A stretch of 64,000 bases of DNA from Nitrosopumilaceae archaeon (GTDB taxonomy: Archaea > Thermoproteota > Nitrososphaeria > Nitrososphaerales > Nitrosopumilaceae), in contig CBDBCR010000001.1 in NCBI GenBank assembly GCA_965203465.1, positions 512,001-576,000 of the forward strand, given 5' to 3'. Positions 18,066-26,486 of this stretch are shown here, in pieces. Positions within the stretch are counted from its first letter, which is position 1. Every line of letters begins with the position of its first letter. A program made the position numbers and the translations under genes. The notes beneath the pieces were generated by a model that saw only the letters and a list, made by a program, of their open reading frames with translations, searched no databases and was not told where the DNA came from.

Positions 18066-18755
18066 TTGGCCGAGCCGTGCGCCCACCAGTCGCGCCTGAC
18101 CCGCACGCCCGACGGCGAGCTGGTCTGCCGGTGCGGCGTGGTCGTCTGCGAAAGGCTGCCCGACGAGGGGCCCGCGGAGCTGCCCGCGCGCGTCTCGCTG
18201 TACCACCGCGTGGAACTTGGCGGCAGCCAGACCGACGCAAAGAGGGCCGTCGGCAGGCGCGTGCACACGCACGCGCAGGTCTCGTCCGAATTCTCCAACA
18301 TCTGCTGCAAGCTGGGCATGCCCGAGTTCGCGCGGCTGCGGGCCTGGTCTGCCTACCACAAGCTGCGCAGCCGGACCGCCTACACGCGCGCAAAGTGCGC
18401 CATGTACGCCGTGTACGGGGCCTGCCGCGCGGCCGACTTTCCGGTCTCGGAGGAGAGCGTGCGCGAGGCGGTCCTGTCCGTCTTGTGCGTGCGCCGCGCG
18501 CCCACGATGCTCGGCGTGATATCAGAACTCCACGAGGACGCCGAGGCGCTCGGCCTGGATTCGGGCGGCCACTCGCCCTGGTTCTACCTCAACCTCGAGA
18601 TATCCTCGGCCCAGGGCTTCTTTTCGGACGACGGCGATTTCGACCGGTTCCGGGCCGCGGTCATGCGACTGTACCAGTCGCTGCGCGGCACCCACAGGAG
18701 CCGGGCGCGGCGGGCCGTCCAGTTCGCCCTGGACAGCATGGCGGTGATCCAGTGA
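18066..18755 (+). CDS. Short divergent transcription factor B (TFB/TFIIB) paralogue
   Basis: N-terminal Zn ribbon 'CAH...DGELVCRCGVV'; cyclin-like repeat 'FSNICCKLGMP...AMYAVYGACRAADFPVSEESV'; only 229 aa. Confidence 0.7.
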   Translation: MAEPCAHQSRLTRTPDGELVCRCGVVVCERLPDEGPAELPARVSLYHRVELGGSQTDAKRAVGRRVHTHAQVSSEFSNICCKLGMPEFARLRAWSAYHKLRSRTAYTRAKCAMYAVYGACRAADFPVSEESVREAVLSVLCVRRAPTMLGVISELHEDAEALGLDSGGHSPWFYLNLEISSAQGFFSDDGDFDRFRAAVMRLYQSLRGTHRSRARRAVQFALDSMAVIQ

Positions 18756-19816
18756 CGGAGAGGGTGCGGCTCTCGTCGGTCGGGCAGCTGCCCGCGCGCG
18801 CGAGGCACGTCTCGGAGAGGCTCGTCTCGGACGTGTCCAGGAATCCGGGCTCGGCCAGGCCGCTGCGCCTTGGCAGGGCCGGCGGCGCGCTGTACCCGCT
18901 CAACGACGACGAGACGGTCATGGGGCTGAGGCGCGCCAGAAAGGCCGAGGCGGCCGCGCACGTCTACGAGTACGGCTCGGTCCCCGAGCTGGTCGCCGCG
19001 CACGTAATGGAGAACACGCACCCCTCCTCGATAGACGCCCTGCTGATAGGCCCCCTGATGGGGTACCTTGCCGAGAGCGGCATGGGCGAGGCCGAGGCGC
19101 GCCGCAGGACGGGCCTGGAGCGGCGGCCCGAGCTGGCGGCGGCCGCGCGCGCGCCGGTCACCGACGAGGCGCGCAGGGTACTGCTGGACATGTGCCGCAG
19201 CTTCGCTGCCCGCCTGCACGATCCGGCCACGCCCCCATACGTGGCCGTGCAGCTGGGCAGGATCAGGCCCGAGCGCCAGGCGGCGGCCGCGCAGGCCCTG
19301 GTGGTGGCCTGCAGGATGACGATGAGGTCGGGCGCAAAGGCCTCGTGGCCCAGCGCCAACGGGGTCGAGCAGGTGCTGCGCGGCTTCGAGGGGGGCCGCC
19401 CGGCGCCGCCGGCGCGCGAGCGCGTCTGCGTGCCGGGCCCGGTGGGCGAGCTCAAGAAAAAGGGGCCGGCGCGCCCGGCCCCCGGGCGGGCGGCGGCCGG
19501 GGCGGAAAAGTACATCCGCGACGATCCAGACCTGCGGTACGTGCCGGCCAGCGGCTCGGATCTGTTGGTGAACAGGAGGACCGGCAGGGTGGCCGAGGTC
19601 TCGGAGGGCGGCTCTACGTACGTCGTCTCGGGGGACTTGGGCAGGCCGGTCCACTTTCTTCCCGACCACGTGCGCGAGTACCTGGGCGCCGACGGGGGCT
19701 CGGCCATACGGGTGACCCGGTACCCGTCGGCCGCGCGGGCCTCGCGCGCGCTGGCCAGGGCCGCCAAGAGCGGCGCCCGCGTGGTGGTGCTCAGCTCCTG
19801 CGCGCTCCCGCGATGA
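18752..19816 (+). CDS. Degenerate ParB/Srx-like N-terminal domain protein
   Basis: GTGA overlap; 'LVSDV..NPG..RPL.L...GALYPLNDDETVMGLR...AHV...ELVAAHVMEN' follows the ParB_N layout but lacks the GxRR motif. Confidence 0.45.
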   Translation: MTERVRLSSVGQLPARARHVSERLVSDVSRNPGSARPLRLGRAGGALYPLNDDETVMGLRRARKAEAAAHVYEYGSVPELVAAHVMENTHPSSIDALLIGPLMGYLAESGMGEAEARRRTGLERRPELAAAARAPVTDEARRVLLDMCRSFAARLHDPATPPYVAVQLGRIRPERQAAAAQALVVACRMTMRSGAKASWPSANGVEQVLRGFEGGRPAPPARERVCVPGPVGELKKKGPARPAPGRAAAGAEKYIRDDPDLRYVPASGSDLLVNRRTGRVAEVSEGGSTYVVSGDLGRPVHFLPDHVREYLGADGGSAIRVTRYPSAARASRALARAAKSGARVVVLSSCALPR

Positions 19817-20379
19817 CCGATTCCATGGCGCGCGCCCGCGGCGCGAGGCGCCGCCTCGCCTGCTCCTGGGCCGAGGCGTGGGTAGGGGCCGCGCTGCGCG
19901 GCACCTTTTCCAGCTCGGATCTTGCCGGCGGCCGGAGGGGGTACCGGGCAGCCTGCGTCCTGTCCCGCCTGGGCTACGCCGAGAGGCTGGGCCGGCGCTC
20001 GTCGGGGTGCAGGTACCGCGCCACGCTGCTGGGCAGGTGCATGGCCGCCGGCGCCCGCCTCGGCGTCGGGTTCGTGCCCCTGTGCGTGGCGGCCGAGGCG
20101 CGCGCCATGCACCTGATGCAGGACGAGTGCGGGGCCGACCGGGCGTACCCCGTGTACCTGCTGCAGGAGGCCCTCGAGGGGCTGTACTCTGCAAAGACGG
20201 TGCGCAACTCGGCGTCCGCGCTCTGCTCGGCGGGGATGGCCGAGCGCGTGCGCGGGGGGGCCCTGCGGCTCCTGACGGACGACTTTGGCGGGTTCGAGCC
20301 GGCGCTGGCCGAGCTCCACGAGTGGGTGGCCGGCGCGCGCGACCGGGCGGGCGCGCCGCGCCCGGGGGCGCGCCCGTGA
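19813..20379 (+). CDS. Hypothetical protein, probable tandem winged-helix
   Basis: ATGA overlap; 'LSRLGYAER...YRATLLG' and 'SAKTVRNSASALCSAGMAERV' resemble wHTH wings. Confidence 0.5.
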   Translation: MTDSMARARGARRRLACSWAEAWVGAALRGTFSSSDLAGGRRGYRAACVLSRLGYAERLGRRSSGCRYRATLLGRCMAAGARLGVGFVPLCVAAEARAMHLMQDECGADRAYPVYLLQEALEGLYSAKTVRNSASALCSAGMAERVRGGALRLLTDDFGGFEPALAELHEWVAGARDRAGAPRPGARP

Positions 20380-21020
20380 CGGAACTGCGGCTGGCAGCGG
20401 CCCTTGCGCTGCTGCTGGCGGCCTCGTGCTGGGACGCGCGCAGCCGCGAGGTGCCCGACTGGGCGTGGATGCTGGGCGGGGGCCTGGGGGCCGCCCTGTA
20501 CGCGCTGGACTGGGGGGACGTCGACGCGTTCTGGGTTTTTTCGATGGGCTCGGGGGCGCTGGTGTCCCTGTTCGCGTGGAGGCTCTTGCCGGTCGGCGGG
20601 GCCGACGTGCTGGCCGTCGTGTCTCTGTCGGTGCTCTGCCCCGCCTGGGGGCCGGTGCCGGTGCCGCCTTTCGTCTTCTTCGGGGGGCTGATATTGGAGC
20701 ACATGGGGGCGATGTGCCTCAACCTGCGCTACAACCTGGCCGACCTGGCGCGGGGAACCTCCCCGACGCGGGGCCTCGGCGGCTCTTTGTACGAGCGGGC
20801 CATGGCTTTCCTTTGCGCGCACCGGCGCAGGCCCGGCGAGCGGTTCACGTTCCGTGCAGAGTCGGGCGAGGGCGGCGAGAGGAGGATAGACCTGTCGGCG
20901 CCGCGGCCCGACTCGGAGTTCGAGCGGCGCGAGGGGGTATTGGTGAGCTGGGCCATGCCGGCCATGCCCTTTTTGTGCGCGGCGCTGGCCCTCGCGGCGC
21001 TTGTAGGCTCGCTGGCCTGA
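20376..21020 (+). CDS. Prepilin/preflagellin peptidase (A24 family)
   Basis: Catalytic Asp motifs 'WDARSREVPD' and 'GGADV'; C-terminal 'MPAMPFL'; multiple TMs. Confidence 0.88.
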   Translation: MTELRLAAALALLLAASCWDARSREVPDWAWMLGGGLGAALYALDWGDVDAFWVFSMGSGALVSLFAWRLLPVGGADVLAVVSLSVLCPAWGPVPVPPFVFFGGLILEHMGAMCLNLRYNLADLARGTSPTRGLGGSLYERAMAFLCAHRRRPGERFTFRAESGEGGERRIDLSAPRPDSEFERREGVLVSWAMPAMPFLCAALALAALVGSLA

Positions 21021-21023
21021 GCG

Positions 21024-21353
21024 CTAGAAAGTCCGGCACGGATCCTGCCAGTAGATGTGGTCTGTGAACACGCGTCTTCTGTCGATCCCTTTTCTGTCGA
21101 TCTCTTCGAGAACTTCCGGAAAGTCCTCGTGGCTGGCGCGGACTTTTTGATCGAGGACGGCTATGTACTTGCCGGCGTAGTCTTTTTTGAGCGCCTCGCG
21201 GTTGTCCGCCACCCAGTCCGCGTTGGCGCTGAATTCTGCAAGCTCGGCGCGCATCTTGTCCCAGTCTCTTGCGATCATCTTTTTTACCTGTTTTATGTGG
21301 GGGGAGGATGCCGCGTCGCCCACGTAAATGATGTCTGGTTCAGAGCCTGTCAT
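21024..21353 (-). CDS. DUF5678-like small protein
   Basis: 'NADWVADNREALKKDYAGKYIAVLDQKVRAS' signature; TTTTATT box upstream. Confidence 0.65.
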   Translation of the reverse strand: MTGSEPDIIYVGDAASSPHIKQVKKMIARDWDKMRAELAEFSANADWVADNREALKKDYAGKYIAVLDQKVRASHEDFPEVLEEIDRKGIDRRRVFTDHIYWQDPCRTF

Positions 21354-21584
21354 TGAGCACCGTGCCCACTTGCGCAGCGTCGAATAAAATCTCTTCTGGT
21401 TCCAAGAGGCGTGCGTACGAGCCTGTCCCGAATCCGGGAGGCACCGGCACGCGGGCCGGGTTAAAAGCGGGGCGCGCTTGTACGACGACCCTTCCGGGAC
21501 GCGGCCCCCCCTGCGGGGTGCATGCCGGGAGGGCGACTCGGCGCCGGGGGCGGATTTTAATACGGCCCGCCCGCGCGCGGGCGC

Positions 21585-21803
21585 ATGAGCGAGCCGGAGC
21601 TGTTGCCAGCAAAGTGCCCCGAATGCGGCAGGCGGAAGGGGGCCGAGATATTCTACGGGTACCCGGCACCCGACGCCTGGCCCCGGATAGAAAAGCTGGT
21701 CGAGGAGGGCAAGGCGGAGCTGGGAGGGTGCTGTGTGTCGGGTGAGGATCCAAAGTACAGGTGCGGCTCGTGCGGGCACGCGTGGGGCAGGGCGGAGCTC
21801 TAG
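21585..21803 (+). CDS. Small Zn-ribbon protein
   Basis: CPECG...IFYGYP...LGGCCV...YRCGSCGHAW; TTTTAATA box upstream. Confidence 0.75.
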   Translation: MSEPELLPAKCPECGRRKGAEIFYGYPAPDAWPRIEKLVEEGKAELGGCCVSGEDPKYRCGSCGHAWGRAEL

Positions 21804-21926
21804 TCCTGTATGCCGGCGTGCCCGGATACGATGAGGCTTTTTGAAACGCGCACGCAAGAACCACAAATGCCGCCCGGCCGGTAGTCGGTTTTGGCGGCGC
21901 GGCCCGGGATCGATCGTCTGTGGCGT

Positions 21927-23345
21927 TCAGGCCGCCTTTGGCGTTGTTGCCGAGCGCGTGTATCTCCAGCGGTCGAAGCCGTACTCTGAGCACACGTCGT
22001 AGTGGTGGCGCATCTCCTTCTTCCAGGTGTTCTTCCCCCTGGCAGAAAGCTGTAGTAGCGACACCCTCATTTCCGGCATGTTCTCTGCATACTCTTCGTT
22101 TCGCACCACCAGCTCCCCGAAATAGGGCTTTATCGGGGGCAGCAAGTCGCTCTTTTTCAGGTTGCATTCTGCGCAGGAGAGCACCAGATTCCACGCGTCG
22201 TCGTCGTAGATGTACGAGAAAGGTATGAAGTGATCTACGTGCATCCCGGATCTGTTGAACGAATTGAGGCAGTAAAAGCACGCGCGCTCCCTTTCGTAAA
22301 ACATGTTCCGGTACTTGGTGAGGGGCCCGCGCTTCCTTTCTTTCGACATGATCTTGGAGGCCAGCAGCGGCAGTCCGTGGTTCGCCTTTTCAAGATACAG
22401 CACCCACTCTGCCAGCAGGGCCTGGGTGAGAAGGTGGTTGTTCCTCCTGAAGAACGAATGAGCTTCGGGGCGCAGCGTGATCACCTGCCTGTCGTCGTCG
22501 TAATCGTAGAACAAGCCGCTGTCGCCCGCCCCTCCGTCGTCTGTCTCTTGGAACTTTGACACCACCACGCCCGTGCCTGTAGAGTGGCCGAAGACGCTGG
22601 ACAGGATCTGCTCCCTTGCCGACTTTAACTGGCCGTTCGGTATGTCCTCGTACCGGACGGGGGGCCTGTCCCCGAACGCCTTCTCCAGTATGCTTATGAC
22701 CACCGGCTGCCTCTTGGTGTGGAAGTCCTGCTTCATTCTGAACCTGAACCGCTGGTGCCAGTAATGCTTGAGAAATTCGCCCGCAAGATAGTCGTACGGT
22801 ATGTCGCGGGAGGCGCCGTCCGGCGCGTTGGCCTTGCAGTAGTCCAGCAGCGTCTTGCCCAGCGCGAACTTGTACGTGTTGTCTTTTTTGGACTTGGATA
22901 TTATCGACATGAACAGCCTTCTCATACCGGCGTCGGTTCCCTCGGTTGCGGCCTCCGGCGCGCAGGGCGCGCCGGCCACGGCGGGCCGATCCGCGCGCCT
23001 GTGCGGATCGGACAGCCTAAAGACGTTGATCCGCCTACCCTTGCGCCAGTCGACCAGCTCGCCGCGCCCGCGCATCTTGATGATTTCCCTGACCGTCGCC
23101 CTCCTCAGGTCGTTCGACTTGCGATCGGGCCCGTGCAGGGACGGCGGCAGGCGCAGCTCCTCTGCGACCATGGCGTCCAGCCCCGCCTTCGTGTGCCAGA
23201 TCCGCCTGGACCGCAGCCCAATCTGCGGCCGGTCTCCGGCTAAATCCGCGCCCAGCTCGTCTACGGTCCGGCCCCTGTTGGCCAGCACGTACGCCACCAT
23301 CTTGGGAATCGCGTCCCTCTGCTGGCGGGTTAGGGTTTTTTGCAC
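21927..23345 (-). CDS. HNH endonuclease, putative restriction/defence nuclease
   Basis: C-terminal 'CFYC...HVDHFIPFS...WNLVLSCAECNLKKS'; central 'NTYKFAL'; extra N-terminal domain. Confidence 0.85.
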   Translation of the reverse strand: MQKTLTRQQRDAIPKMVAYVLANRGRTVDELGADLAGDRPQIGLRSRRIWHTKAGLDAMVAEELRLPPSLHGPDRKSNDLRRATVREIIKMRGRGELVDWRKGRRINVFRLSDPHRRADRPAVAGAPCAPEAATEGTDAGMRRLFMSIISKSKKDNTYKFALGKTLLDYCKANAPDGASRDIPYDYLAGEFLKHYWHQRFRFRMKQDFHTKRQPVVISILEKAFGDRPPVRYEDIPNGQLKSAREQILSSVFGHSTGTGVVVSKFQETDDGGAGDSGLFYDYDDDRQVITLRPEAHSFFRRNNHLLTQALLAEWVLYLEKANHGLPLLASKIMSKERKRGPLTKYRNMFYERERACFYCLNSFNRSGMHVDHFIPFSYIYDDDAWNLVLSCAECNLKKSDLLPPIKPYFGELVVRNEEYAENMPEMRVSLLQLSARGKNTWKKEMRHHYDVCSEYGFDRWRYTRSATTPKAA

Positions 23346-23366
23346 TGTCCGGGGTCGCGATCGGTC

Positions 23367-24337
23367 TCATAAAAATGCGGGCGGCGGGGACCAGCTTCGG
23401 CGCGGCCGGGCCAGCCTCGCAGCCGGCGACCGAACCGGCGGCGCCCCTCCGAATCCGCGCGCGGACGGACATGCATACAAGCGCCAGATCTCGTCCGCGC
23501 AGGCCGCGAACAGCTCAGCGCTCCGCGATGGCGTTTCCAGCTCGCCTTGCACATCCCTGTCACCGCCGGCCCTGCCCAGCACGTGGTTCTTGATCAGGTT
23601 CGCCCTAGCCCAGCCCAGTCGTCGAGGCTTTTGACCACCTGGAACGCCGCCTCGTCGTCGGGCACCTGCGCGTTTATTACAAAGCCGTAGTTCCTGACGC
23701 AACGCGCGAAACTTGCCAGCGCCCGGGCATCCCCGGGCGGTTCTGCGCCCCCGAAGCCGCCTGCCAGCGCCTCGCTTATGCGCCCGTGCAGGAAAACGTA
23801 GTTGCTCTTTAGGAGCCTGGCCGAATCGGCGTCCGGCTCCATTTTCCGGAGGCGCGCCAGCTGGGTGGCGTGGCCACCGAGCTCGCGGCGCTGTATCTCC
23901 TCTAGCAACGCCCCGTCGTCTCCGTTGAGCACGAGCTTCCAGCCCACGCGGCGCCCGTCTATGTGGGTGTTTTCTATCATCGATTCTGCCAGCGCGTCGG
24001 CCTCGGCCCGGGCCCCGGCGTCCTCTGCAAGCACGTCGCGGATCACGCAGAACAGCAGCGTGAGGGTGGTCAGGATCTGCTGGCCCTCGACGACGCACAG
24101 GGCGTCTTTCTTGCAGGGCACCAGCACCACCCAACCCAGCAGGCGCTGCGCGTCCCTTGCCGCGCCCGGGGAACTTTTCGCCGCGCCGAACGCGCCCGCT
24201 AGCACGTCCCACAGGTGCTCCGCCGCCTCTTGGCTCCACGGGCAACCTCGCTGGAACTTTGGCACCTCGAACGTTACGCTGCCCGAGAACATGCCGTTTA
24301 CGGATTCGGTTCGGGTGTTGGAGAATCTGTTGATCAC
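23367..24337 (-). pseudogene. Degenerate DUF262 (GmrS-like) gene
   Basis: 'VPKFQRGCPW', 'VVEGQQILTTL' and 'FQVVKSLDD' are eroded forms of IPxYQRxYxW, DGQQR and FxxLN. A frameshift near 23610 leads into 'ANLIKNHVL'. No DUF1524 domain follows. Confidence 0.7.
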
Positions 24338-24481
24338 GAGAGGGCCTTGGGCGGCTCTCTTAATAATCTTGCATCGGGATTGTACGCTTGCATTGACTCT
24401 TCCTGATGGCATGCGCCGAAAGGCGCGCGCGGCGGACCGCCTTTGGACTGATTTTTAAGCAAGTACCTGCGCGGTGCCTGC

Positions 24482-25312
24482 GTGGACGATCTCGCATTGC
24501 GCCGTGTGGACTTGGACGCGATACTTAGGGGATCGTCGCACGCAAGGCAGACCAAAATAGATGTGGGCGTGACCGATCTGGCAGCCAGCATAGAGTCTAT
24601 AGGCCTGCTGCAGCCCATACGCGTGGCAGAGACGGGACAAGAGGGCGTCTACGAGCTGTTGGACGGCCAGCGCAGGTTCTTGGCATTCTGGCTGCTACGT
24701 AAAAAAGAGCCCGGCCGGTTCTCAAGAATACCCAGCCTCGTACATCCGGCAGAGATGGAAGAGTGGGAAAAAAAGGCGATCTCGCTGCACGCCAACCTGT
24801 CCCAGGTGCCTATGAACAAAACAGACAGGGTCAACGCCATGACCGTGGTCTTTGACAGGTTTGGGGGCGTGGAAAAGATGGCAGAGGCCACCTCGCTGCC
24901 GCGGCACGCCATACGCAGATACGTGGAGGCATCGCGCCTGCCCGGACTCCTGAAAAGCGCCGTGCTGGACGACGGGCTTGCGATGCGCGCGGCGCTCGAC
25001 GCTACAGACCTGCACGCGCGCGACCGTGACGATCCGGCCCTGATGCTCCAGACGGCCAAGGATCTACAGTCGCTCACGGGCAGGCAGATTTCATACGTAA
25101 AAAAGGCAAAGGCCGACAAGCCGGACAGGCCGGTCGCCGACATAATAGCCCACATAAGATCGCTTGATCTAGGAAGGCACGACATTTTGATATCCGCAGA
25201 CTCGGATACGTACTCGCGCATACAGCTTCACGGGGAGCAGAACAAGGCTTGGACGGTGGCCGATGCCGCGGCGGATCTGGTGGAGGACGGCCTGGCAGCC
25301 AACGAGGCGTGA
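24482..25312 (+). CDS. ParB/RepB/Spo0J family protein
   Basis: 'LAASIESIGLLQPIRV...YELLDGQRRFLA...ISLHANL'; HTH follows. Confidence 0.85.
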   Translation: MDDLALRRVDLDAILRGSSHARQTKIDVGVTDLAASIESIGLLQPIRVAETGQEGVYELLDGQRRFLAFWLLRKKEPGRFSRIPSLVHPAEMEEWEKKAISLHANLSQVPMNKTDRVNAMTVVFDRFGGVEKMAEATSLPRHAIRRYVEASRLPGLLKSAVLDDGLAMRAALDATDLHARDRDDPALMLQTAKDLQSLTGRQISYVKKAKADKPDRPVADIIAHIRSLDLGRHDILISADSDTYSRIQLHGEQNKAWTVADAAADLVEDGLAANEA

Positions 25313-25522
25313 TTTGGAGCCGCGCAAGCCGGGTCGGACGGCCCGGCAAAGTAGCGGCGCCGGGGAGCTCGTGCGGGTATTTCTGCCGGCCGGGCCGGAA
25401 CCGCGGGGCAACTTTGGCCGCATAGAGCGGTGCAAAAAGGCGGGCATGCCGATCATGGCGTTTCTTAGACGCAAGATGGGGCGCGCGGCTAAACCGCGCC
25501 GTAATGTCGGGGGCCGCCGATC

Positions 25523-26254
25523 ATGCCGCAGCTGACAGACGACTTGGTTCTTTACGCGAAACTGCTCTGCAGCGTAAACGCCTCCGGCAGGAACCGTCCG
25601 CTGTCGCCGGCCGAAGCGGCAGGACTGATCCATAGGATGATGAAAGAGGGCATGTCCGTGCAGGAGGTGTCCAAACGCGTGTCGGTGTCCGAGGACACGA
25701 TAAAGCGGTTCTTGAGCCTCTCAAAGTTGCCTCCCGAGTACTGGAACGCGGTCGTGTGGGGAACGTCCACCGACTGCGGCGTGTCGTTCAGCACGGCTGC
25801 AAAAGTCGCGCAACTATCTGAACTAGGCGACATGAGGATATTGCTGGGCGCGCCGATGGAGCACAAGTTCACCAAGAACTAGATCGAAAACATCGTGGCG
25901 CTGAGGCGGGCCAAGCGCGGCCCAGACATGGCCGGCTGTATAGAAAAAGTCAAGAGCGTCAGGGTGCGCGCGAGCCCCAAATACGTGTACGTGATCACGG
26001 TAAGCAGGGAGACGATGTCAAAGCTCGGGGCGTCGGCCCCGCCCGACGAAGCGACAGCTCTGCGCGGCGCCGTCTCAGAACGCTTGGGGCCGGACAACGT
26101 GCTGGCCGTGGTCGTCCGCGGGCTGCGGGTGGCGCTGAGCCTGAACGGCGAGGGCGCCGAGCGGTTCGCCGCGCTGCTGGAGCGCAACGGGCTGACGCTG
26201 GGCGACAGCGTGGCCCACTTTGCCGACGGACTGCGTGGCCAAGCTCCGGCTTGA
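25523..26254 (+). pseudogene. ParB-type HTH protein with an in-frame TAG at 25880-25882
   Basis: 'RPLSPAEAA...GMSVQEVSKRVSVSEDTIKRFLSLSKLP'; the frame continues past the TAG (IENIVALRR...) to 26254. Confidence 0.65.
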
Positions 26255-26486
26255 GCCTCGAGCGCACTAGAGCGCAATCTTTGCCCGCCGGGAATCCAGC
26301 TCCGCCCCGAAGCTCGGGCGCCCTTTTCGCACCGCGCGTCGGATCGTGCGGCACAAGCTGCGGCTGCCGGCCTTGCGCCGGCCTCGGGCAACCGCCGCTT
26401 GCCCCGCGCTCCCGGATCCGGCGCGCCAAACGAGCAAACTGTAGGCCTGGCAAGCTTATTACGAATGCGGCGCAGCGTCCCCACCC

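Noticed and set aside
25880-25882. Pyrrolysine or other recoding of in-frame stops (also 47425 and 51916)
   Set aside because: No pyl genes are seen, the stops are of mixed type (TAG and TAA), and most fall in decaying accessory genes, so nonsense mutation is simpler.
24482-26254. Chromosome or plasmid partition (parAB) operon
   Set aside because: No ParA ATPase adjacent; the context is defence genes.
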